Positions 46,303-54,706 of a stretch of 54,706 nt of DNA are shown here, piece after piece. The DNA lies in IMG/VR virus record IMGVR_UViG_3300011269_000005, positions 1 to 54,706 of that record; one strand, written 5' to 3'. The notes beneath the pieces are model-generated. The model did not search any database and was not told the DNA's origin. It saw only the letters and a program-made list of their open reading frames with translations. Source of the DNA: a virus. Lineage: Duplodnaviria > Caudoviricetes. Within the stretch, counting starts at the first letter, position 1. Each line of letters begins with the position of its first letter. Both the position numbers and the translations under genes were made by a program.

Positions 46303-47807
46303 TAGTGGGGCATCGCCTCCGGATGGGCCTTCATGTAGGCCGCTATTTTCCGCGCATCATCGTCGGTGATAGCAGGTGTTGGTCCGGGGGCTAGTGGCGG
46401 CCTAGCGGCAGGCGTCCCGCCGCGCGACGGTCTCGGGTTCGCCTTGACGGCATCCTCCATCGCTTTCTGATAAAAACTCGGAGCTTCCGCCGGATGCCCG
46501 TAAATCGCGGCTTCGTAAGCCATCGTCGCCTGCTGCCGGGCGCGCGCGAATGCTCCAGGCTGGCGCATCTCCATAATGCGATCTTGCCGGGTCTCGGGAT
46601 AATAATTCGAGTCGATGGCAGCGCGTGCGCGGATATTCGCTTGCCCCGCGGGCGTCTTGATGCCTGTGAGATGCTGATGTAGTTCGAGATTCAATTCGCT
46701 GGCACTGCGACCATCAAGTTGCCGAGTCGCCCCCGCAAGCCCTATATCGCGTTGAATCCCGTTGATCTCATCCTCGGAACTGGCACTCGCTATCCGTTGA
46801 TGCCAGCCGTCGAGCACGTCCGGCGCGGTAGCGACCGTATAGTCATAGCCTGTGAAGCCACGAAAATCCTTATCATCGATCACGCGATGGGCAGCATCGT
46901 TGTTGAGCCGATCCATGTCGGGCTGCCCATTCTGCTTGATGTAGTTCTGCTGATATTGAATCGCAGCCATCCGCGCCGCGCCCGCGTTCGCTTCCATCGC
47001 ACGCACTGGCGCACCTATCGCGGTGGTCTGCGCTGATAACAATGACGATTCCTGCTGAGGCGTGAACTTACCGGGGTTGGCCTTGATGAAGTCTTGGAGC
47101 AGTGTGGGATGCGCCGCATCGGGACTGCGCGCAAGTGCCTGCGCACGCTCGAGAGTGGCCTGATCCTCGAATTGTTGCTTGTAGAATGCGGCCGCCTGGG
47201 GATTCTTCGGCCACATCTGATCGACCATTCCCGCATATTTCGTGCGTGCTGCCACTGATGCGGGGCCTTCGGTGATCGAACCATCCTGCGCTATTCCGAA
47301 ATCACCGCCAGCGGCACCCGCCAGTTTTGTGCCGAGCGCTTTTAGTTGGGTATCCTGTTCTCGCGCAGTCTGTGCCGTGCCCGCCATGAGCGCATCGCGA
47401 TAGATAGATCCCTGAATCGCGGGCAAGCGCTGTTGTAAATAACCGGAGATGTGAGCATTGGCCGGATCTCCGATCATCTTCTGGGAGATTTCATTACCCT
47501 GCTGCTGGACGGTCGAAGCCCATTGGTCACCGGGAAGCTGTTTCGCATCGGCGTAGACCTTGGCGATCTGGTCTTTGTACCGTTCTTCGGCCGCATCAGC
47601 ATCGAGTATATTTTTGTGGCGTGCCTGTACCGCTAGGATGTCGCCTATCCGATTTAACGATTCCCCTGCTCTGACAGCACCGCGCAATCCCTCCGCAATT
47701 GGATTAACAATCTCTGGTACATTGAGCAGAGGAGGTCGTGGCCGATTCGGGATCGTCGGCGTTGGAACTGTCTCGCCAATCTGCGGTATTTGCGCGAAGC
47801 CCCCCAT
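46302..47807 (-). CDS. Internal virion protein (gp15-like)
   Basis: Helical Ala/Gln-rich sequence and position. Confidence 0.65.
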   Translation of the reverse strand: MGGFAQIPQIGETVPTPTIPNRPRPPLLNVPEIVNPIAEGLRGAVRAGESLNRIGDILAVQARHKNILDADAAEERYKDQIAKVYADAKQLPGDQWASTVQQQGNEISQKMIGDPANAHISGYLQQRLPAIQGSIYRDALMAGTAQTAREQDTQLKALGTKLAGAAGGDFGIAQDGSITEGPASVAARTKYAGMVDQMWPKNPQAAAFYKQQFEDQATLERAQALARSPDAAHPTLLQDFIKANPGKFTPQQESSLLSAQTTAIGAPVRAMEANAGAARMAAIQYQQNYIKQNGQPDMDRLNNDAAHRVIDDKDFRGFTGYDYTVATAPDVLDGWHQRIASASSEDEINGIQRDIGLAGATRQLDGRSASELNLELHQHLTGIKTPAGQANIRARAAIDSNYYPETRQDRIMEMRQPGAFARARQQATMAYEAAIYGHPAEAPSFYQKAMEDAVKANPRPSRGGTPAARPPLAPGPTPAITDDDARKIAAYMKAHPEAMPH

Positions 47808-48290
47808 CTATGGCCCCTTCTTCCCCGGCACATATCCACCATAGCCGCCTGAGACCCCGGTGAGCAGCGATGTCCCAATGCCGCCATAGAGCGCGTCTTC
47901 TGCATTGGAACGATAAATACGACTTTGATATCTCTCCACCGCTGCCGCATCAAATGCCTGATGGCGTTCGAGTTCTCCACCGTACCAGATATTGAGAGCG
48001 TCCATGCGGGCATTCGTAGCGCTCTGCTTCTCAACGGTCTGCACGCTGCCGCCAGTTCCGATGTTGGCCTGTCCAAAGGCTGCCGCCTGTTCGCCGAGCG
48101 CCGCCGCCGATCTACGTTGCGACTGCGCCATATTCGCTGCCGCCGTATTGCTTTCGGACACGCCTTGCTGCGTCAGAACTGCGGCATTATAGTCCGCCGC
48201 TTTGGCCTGAGCTGAGAACTGATTGCTCCTCTGGATAGCCCCGAACACACCAGCGGTGGTTCCTACAATGGCCATCGTCACCGGGTCCAT
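47808..48290 (-). CDS. Internal virion protein (gp14-like)
   Basis: MDPVT..., G.Q.AAFG..NI..GGS, Gly-rich C-terminus. Confidence 0.75.
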   Translation of the reverse strand: MDPVTMAIVGTTAGVFGAIQRSNQFSAQAKAADYNAAVLTQQGVSESNTAAANMAQSQRRSAAALGEQAAAFGQANIGTGGSVQTVEKQSATNARMDALNIWYGGELERHQAFDAAAVERYQSRIYRSNAEDALYGGIGTSLLTGVSGGYGGYVPGKKGP

Positions 48291-48707
48291 TCAACTAATC
48301 CTCGAATAGAGCATGGCGTCGCCACCGTCGCCAAATTTCCGCATAATGCCTTCGGTCTCGAATCCTAGGATCTCAGTCACCCAGCGGTGGCCTCTCAGAT
48401 TGCCCATATATACGACTGTTTCGATTCGCCGTGCGTCGAATTGACGGAGCCACGCCCGCATCAATTTGCAGATCTGCAGGAAATATCGGCTCGCCAATTT
48501 ATCATCGGTAAATGCCCAGCAACGAAAATTGCCAGGATTCTGCTCACACACACCCATACAGGCCACTACGCCTTCATCTACGATGCCCGCGAAGCCGTTG
48601 ATCGCCAGAGTCTCGACGTAATCCGCACGCTCTAGCAACGGCTCGACGGTAACCCCGCGTTTTAGCATCGCCTCCAGATGCCAGCGCTCTAGTTTCTCCA
48701 CTCGCAT
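48291..48707 (-). CDS. GNAT-fold virion assembly protein (gp13-like)
   Basis: RRIETVV, HRW...LGF..EG.MRKFG, located after the nozzle. Confidence 0.7.
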   Translation of the reverse strand: MRVEKLERWHLEAMLKRGVTVEPLLERADYVETLAINGFAGIVDEGVVACMGVCEQNPGNFRCWAFTDDKLASRYFLQICKLMRAWLRQFDARRIETVVYMGNLRGHRWVTEILGFETEGIMRKFGDGGDAMLYSRIS

Positions 48708-50950
48708 CAGTCTTCAGTCTCGAGATTCGGATACATTCCGACAATCGTCACAGGATAGGGTTCGTCGTTAACATAGGTCATCCGGCCCTCGACCTCAGAG
48801 CCGCCTGGCCAATTCATCGCGTAGGTCTCCTCAGGCCACATGCCATTATAGACCTTCAGCCGTTCATCCATCGGATCGTCGGGATCGCGAAATTCCAGCC
48901 CATCCATTACGGTCTCAGGCGGGTCGCTCAATTCGGCATCTGGGTCTTCGCGGCCTGCGCGGCCGCCAAGCGTATTCAGAAACCGGAAAGTTACATCCAC
49001 GATGCGCTTAACCTTGGCCTGCGCAGTCCCATTCGGCGCGCTCGCCTCGATCGGCATCGTGGTAAGACGGCAGCTCTGTGGCAGTCCCCACTGAACGATG
49101 CTCGCTACCCATTCCAGCGTAATCTGGCCGCCAGTCACGACGCGATCCGGATGTCTGGCCCCATCCGTCAAGACTTTTACGGTCTGGCCTTCGAGACGAT
49201 CCATGCCTGTAATCACTTTTGTCGGCGGACCATTGTAAGTGCCGCCGGAATCCGAATATAGCGACTGGGTTGCCAAATCGTCGCCGGTGAGAAAATGCGG
49301 CGCCATGAATTCGATATAACGTCGCGTAACTCCGTTGATCGTGCGATTCACCACCATCCACAATTCATCCTGCGATCCTGTGGGCGATGGGATGCAGGCA
49401 ATCGTCTCCAGCGCTCCGATCATCGGATGGCGGTGCCACGCAATTACCTGCTGTTCCTCGTTGAAGGTGAGACCCACCAAGTTGCCATCACGCATCCCCC
49501 CAGGGAATGGCTGCGGCGGCACTGGGGGCACAACCCCGCAAGATTTCCCGACAACACTTACATTCTTGATCAGGAAACTGTAGGCAAACCAAGCTGTTCT
49601 ATACCGCACCACTCCGAATTGGAGGATTTGCTGCGCTTCCGTATAGGCAAACTCATCTGGGATCGGATTGCAGGAATCCGGAGTGCCCAGATATCCCACC
49701 TGAAAGTCGCTCTGGTTTCCATAGAACGCTAATAACTGATAGCCCGATGGAGCATTCGGAACGGTGGGAGGCCAAATGCCCGTACCCGTACCAGGCGGGT
49801 CTACCGCTGCAAAGAGCAGGAGCGACACATCGTTACGCCAGTCTGGCGTTAATCCCGGTGCCTTGGGACTCCCGTCGTATCCTGTCGCAGTTTGGAATCC
49901 ATTAAAGAGATGCGCCGGATCCTCGTGAACGAAAGCGTAGACGAGTACCGTCCATATATTCAGCGTGGGGCGGGGCAATAGCCACGTATAACTGGGGATA
50001 TCCGATTCCGTATCTGTCGCGACCTTATAGAAGAGCCATGAAGCAGATGGCGGATTTACGGCGTGATTTTCCAAATATGAACCTGACAGAAGTGTCCAAC
50101 CGACAGGGATGACCTGGAAGGGATTCATTCCAGGAGCTGTGCCATTCGACCATATGTGAGCGATCAGGAGGTCGCCCTTCTGCACTCCTGTCGGTCTAGG
50201 CGGATTCAGTTGCGCCCCTGTGAAAAATGGAAACGCGGTATCATGGCTACTGCTACGAAATACAATGTCGCTATCCGCGGTTGCGGATGGCGTGAATATC
50301 GCATCATCAGTCAATAGGGGCGGCTGTGCCTCATTGACGAGGCTCGAAAACAGTGCAAACGTGCCGGAGCCCCAGAAATGAGGATTAGAATCGTCCGCAT
50401 TGGGCTCAGTCCACGTGTCGGAGACGATACCGGCCGTTACATACTCGTAGCCGCCTGCGCCTCCGCCTTGCGGGCCATTCTGCGCTGGCGTGAAAGGACT
50501 GGATAGTGGTGACAGAAGCTTATTGACGAATTCGATGAAATCGACGAGGACCAGCGCATTTTGACTTGGTGTGATCGGATCGCTGGTTTTCGTCTGGACC
50601 GAGTTGGCCGAGGACATAACGGCCGCCCCGAAGCTAATCGTGCCTCCACCGATGCTATAGAAGCTGTACTGATTGAAGACGTAAGCCTGGTTGCTGCCAT
50701 CCCAGGTGAATGTCCACGTCGGAGTACCGCCCTCGAATATATGCCAGAATGCTTGATAACCCGCGATTAGGCCATTTATCCTGTGCCACGTGCCATCTGG
50801 CGGATTGATCTGATGGCCGGTGCCGACGTTACCGGTTACGATAATTAGGTCTCCAGCATGCGTGGTGGTGGAACCGAAAGATGCACTGGACCCGCCGCCA
50901 GTGGACAGCCGGTTAAACGCCGCACGGAGAGTGGGATCGTAGATCGGCAT
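48707..50950 (-). CDS. Fusion of tandem beta-sandwich adhesin-like domains (aa 1-485) to the C-terminal part of tail tubular protein B (from about 49495)
   Basis: MRDGNLVGLTFNEEQQVIAWHRH...DELWMVVNRTING.TRRYIE...LEGQTV.VL.DG.HP...GTAQAK.KRI is the distal nozzle sequence. Confidence 0.8.
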   Translation of the reverse strand: MPIYDPTLRAAFNRLSTGGGSSASFGSTTTHAGDLIIVTGNVGTGHQINPPDGTWHRINGLIAGYQAFWHIFEGGTPTWTFTWDGSNQAYVFNQYSFYSIGGGTISFGAAVMSSANSVQTKTSDPITPSQNALVLVDFIEFVNKLLSPLSSPFTPAQNGPQGGGAGGYEYVTAGIVSDTWTEPNADDSNPHFWGSGTFALFSSLVNEAQPPLLTDDAIFTPSATADSDIVFRSSSHDTAFPFFTGAQLNPPRPTGVQKGDLLIAHIWSNGTAPGMNPFQVIPVGWTLLSGSYLENHAVNPPSASWLFYKVATDTESDIPSYTWLLPRPTLNIWTVLVYAFVHEDPAHLFNGFQTATGYDGSPKAPGLTPDWRNDVSLLLFAAVDPPGTGTGIWPPTVPNAPSGYQLLAFYGNQSDFQVGYLGTPDSCNPIPDEFAYTEAQQILQFGVVRYRTAWFAYSFLIKNVSVVGKSCGVVPPVPPQPFPGGMRDGNLVGLTFNEEQQVIAWHRHPMIGALETIACIPSPTGSQDELWMVVNRTINGVTRRYIEFMAPHFLTGDDLATQSLYSDSGGTYNGPPTKVITGMDRLEGQTVKVLTDGARHPDRVVTGGQITLEWVASIVQWGLPQSCRLTTMPIEASAPNGTAQAKVKRIVDVTFRFLNTLGGRAGREDPDAELSDPPETVMDGLEFRDPDDPMDERLKVYNGMWPEETYAMNWPGGSEVEGRMTYVNDEPYPVTIVGMYPNLETED

Positions 50951-50953
50951 AAG

Positions 50954-51364
50954 TTAGATTCTGAAGATGCCGCTTCCGTTCCAGACGACCGGGATATTCG
51001 CGCCACTCGTGGCGAGCGGGAAGCCCAAAATCGTGTCAAAGAGCATGAGTAGCGGGGACGTCACATCGGCGGGGCTGCCATCGCCTACCAATTTGTAGAG
51101 GGCTATGAATTTCGCTAGAGAGCCGCCTGGGACTGCGGGGAATGTCGCCGTTGCCGCGTTCAATGTCCCGGCTGTTGTCGTGATAGAACCGAGCGTCTGA
51201 TCTGTTCCGACCCGATTGGCCCCGAGGTCATTTAAGTGGACGTGCGCCGCCAAGTTTGGGGTATACGTATCCTTGAGCAGGCATACTTTGATGGTATCTA
51301 CTGCTGGGTCCAGTTGTGAATCCAGCACGTATTTCCGTCCGCTATCGAACCAGTTATTTGCCAT
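50954..51364 (-). CDS. Small tail/fibre-associated beta protein inserted within the split nozzle locus
   Basis: DTIKVCLL..TYTPN...H..L.D, SPLL...D, GANI.V.WN.SGIF.I motif family. Confidence 0.75.
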   Translation of the reverse strand: MANNWFDSGRKYVLDSQLDPAVDTIKVCLLKDTYTPNLAAHVHLNDLGANRVGTDQTLGSITTTAGTLNAATATFPAVPGGSLAKFIALYKLVGDGSPADVTSPLLMLFDTILGFPLATSGANIPVVWNGSGIFRI

Positions 51365-51365
51365 G

Positions 51366-53564
51366 CTATTTCAGGTTCCCATTGCGGATCATCCAGATTA
51401 CTGCGTCCGGTTCCTGCTGGAATGCGAGCGTCAGGGGACCATTTTTCTCAAAGATATGGTTGGCGAGCGCCGCCAAATCCTCGCTCTGATATTGGTCGGT
51501 GAAAAACTGATACTTCATAATGCGCATCTTCTGACCGCTGGTTTGTGACCAGATGAGCGAATAGCCGATTAAGGTGGGTTTGATGGCGCGCGAGCCGTGG
51601 CGCATCTGTGCCTTACTCGCGATATTTGCCGGGCCGAGCGGTTGCGAAGGATTTGTCTCCTGAATGATATGCTCGCCGCTCGCAGTCCCGACTACGAGCA
51701 CACGACCCTCGACCAGCCACTGAATCGCGTCCTGCGTCGGTAGCGTTATGTTGATGGCCATGTCGGCGGTCACTAATCCGCCTGGGGTTAGTGCCGAGAA
51801 GTTCTCAAAGTCGGCAGATACCGAGAGAAATACCTGCCCGTGGCGCCCGAATACTAGCCGACCGCGAAAGAATGAGACCGTCTGAGGAAAGCCGTCACGA
51901 TTATTGAAGGCCCCGACCGCCCAGTTGGAGGTGGCGTTCGATGCGAATACGACGGCTTGCGGAAGCCGATTGATGGTTCCCGCCTGTGGCTGCTCGATCA
52001 CATCCGCGGTTGCCGTCCAGAGCCGATTATCGACCGTGCCGCCGGAGACATACGGCGTCCATAGCGTCCCATCTACATTGGGACCAGTACCGTCACCATC
52101 CGTATCGTCCTGATGCAACTGAAAAGTATTTCCCGATATGCCGGCCGCCCGATAGAACGTATCGTTCACCTCGACCATGCCAACGACATCCTTGATGAAT
52201 ACGAGATCGCCGTTGGCAAACACCGGGCTGGTAGAAAGCGTCACGACTGGCGGATTTGCGGCCGTGATGCCCGTGATCGTGGCGGCGACGCCCACAGGAT
52301 CTATGCCACGTGCGATTAGCTGAACGAAGCCGAACCCAGGGTCACGGTAAGCCCACCGTATACCCGCAGTATCGCCATTATCCCAGGCCTCGCCGCTGAT
52401 ATGCGTAGGCGGGATCGTGCCAGTGGTTCCCCCGTTCATAGCCTCGTAGGTAATCCCATTGAACCGTCGTCGCTTTCCCTTGGCGACTGCTTTCGTCGAT
52501 TCCCACGGCCTGATGGTCCGCACATTCTGCTCAGTGAGCTGAAAGAGTGCGCCCATGATGCCGGGATCGAAGATATCGGCCGAGGCTGTCAGCGTGATTC
52601 CATTGCCATCCTCGGCAGAGGCGAACACGATTGGATTGGTCCCTGGATTGGCATCGCCGAATGGCCCGCCAGTGAACTGTGACAGACGGTCTAATCTCCA
52701 ATTGGCTGTGCCGAAGTGCAGCAGTTTATAGACGGGAAACTTGGTGCTGCGGTGGGTGATATAGATAACGTCCGCGCTCGGCACATAATCGAGTTGCGCA
52801 AATCCGTTGGCGTCATATAGATCCGTGAAGGCGTAGGGTGTTGGAATTTCATAGACTACCGATGACGGTGACGAGGACGTACCGCTTCCGCTAAAGCCTC
52901 CTCCTCCGGCGGTCACTTGCTGAATACCCACGCCTGAGTAGATTATGGCCCCTGTCGCGAAGACCGTCAGCGGTGCCCATTGCGGCACGCCGAGATTTAC
53001 CCATTGAACGGGATTGGGATCGCCCGCATCAAAATCATAGGTGGTACGCCCGACAGCGGTTTGCCAGATTGGCGGCAGGCCGCTCTTTGAGGTTCCGGCA
53101 TGCCTGCAGCCCTGGATATTGCCATTGCTGTCGACGATGATGTCCCCAAGACTGCGCACGACGCCGGGTGCCCAATAAGTAAATCCGAGATTCGTCCAGG
53201 TCAGGGCGCCATCTATGGTCGTTCCGCCCACCGTGGGATTCCAATTCGGGCCTAGTACTGGGCCGATGGTCAGGCTGGTGACTGGCGCGTGATTCTGGTG
53301 GAACCGCAGATAGTGGTCGCCCCACTCCAACATGAAGGATTCGGTGACGTTGAAGACGAAGGGCATCAGGAACACAAGCCCAGAGTTCTTGGTTTCAGCT
53401 TCAAAGCGCGTGCCTGGGCGACGCCGCACCGGGCCTTGCACCATCGGGATGAAATTCTCGAGCCTGAAACAGCCGGAGCCGTACTGTTTGATATCGGTGC
53501 GGCTCTCGCAGGCGGGGGACAGCTCCCCGCTATTGAAGGCGACTAATCCGGGCGAGGCTTTCAT
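51366..53564 (-). CDS. Tail tubular protein B / nozzle (T7 gp12/Bbp13-like), N-terminal part
   Basis: FNSGELSP...R.D...Y...C..LENF.P..QGPVRRRPGT, P..VSFF..RL.F, SVSADFENF. It ends at FQQEPDAVIWMIRNGNLK. Confidence 0.88.
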   Translation of the reverse strand: MKASPGLVAFNSGELSPACESRTDIKQYGSGCFRLENFIPMVQGPVRRRPGTRFEAETKNSGLVFLMPFVFNVTESFMLEWGDHYLRFHQNHAPVTSLTIGPVLGPNWNPTVGGTTIDGALTWTNLGFTYWAPGVVRSLGDIIVDSNGNIQGCRHAGTSKSGLPPIWQTAVGRTTYDFDAGDPNPVQWVNLGVPQWAPLTVFATGAIIYSGVGIQQVTAGGGGFSGSGTSSSPSSVVYEIPTPYAFTDLYDANGFAQLDYVPSADVIYITHRSTKFPVYKLLHFGTANWRLDRLSQFTGGPFGDANPGTNPIVFASAEDGNGITLTASADIFDPGIMGALFQLTEQNVRTIRPWESTKAVAKGKRRRFNGITYEAMNGGTTGTIPPTHISGEAWDNGDTAGIRWAYRDPGFGFVQLIARGIDPVGVAATITGITAANPPVVTLSTSPVFANGDLVFIKDVVGMVEVNDTFYRAAGISGNTFQLHQDDTDGDGTGPNVDGTLWTPYVSGGTVDNRLWTATADVIEQPQAGTINRLPQAVVFASNATSNWAVGAFNNRDGFPQTVSFFRGRLVFGRHGQVFLSVSADFENFSALTPGGLVTADMAINITLPTQDAIQWLVEGRVLVVGTASGEHIIQETNPSQPLGPANIASKAQMRHGSRAIKPTLIGYSLIWSQTSGQKMRIMKYQFFTDQYQSEDLAALANHIFEKNGPLTLAFQQEPDAVIWMIRNGNLK

Positions 53565-53570
53565 GCAGGC

Positions 53571-54706
<1,136 letters not shown>

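Noticed and set aside
49495-51366. Group I/II intron or intein explaining the split nozzle
   Set aside because: The interval is fully occupied by two structural-looking ORFs, with no intron core or intein (C...HN) motifs seen.

Overview
The window is a complete, circularly closed dsDNA phage genome of about 54,583 bp. Bases 1-123 are repeated exactly at 54584-54706, and a TGA/ATG gene junction runs through the join. The virion module is podovirus-type (T7/BPP-1-like): TerS, portal, scaffold, major capsid, tail tubular A and B, internal virion proteins including an SLT lytic transglycosylase, TerL and a gp17-type fibre adaptor, all on the minus strand from 18529 through the join to about 34900. 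The rest comprises a rightward small-gene array (18605-22748), a leftward replication block with an AAA RepA-like protein and a DnaA-C protein, and a rightward recombination block (PD-(D/E)XK nuclease, putative annealing protein, RusA). I see no integrase, DNA or RNA polymerase, reverse transcriptase or endolysin. The main surprises are: (1) the fibre-like, collagen-like and beta-rich proteins of the virion module carry Sec-type signal peptides, and a GT-B plus membrane GT-C glycosylation island sits between scaffold and capsid; (2) the tail nozzle gene is split around inserted fibre genes; (3) small genes are overprinted inside the GT-C and Rep genes; (4) a tRNA with a Ser body but a Leu (CAA) anticodon lies antisense to the leader of an orphan Panacea antitoxin; (5) a non-cleavable Flp-pilin mimic is present; (6) a repeat-punctuated early gene array is present. 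All family calls come from motif recognition by eye, not from database searches.
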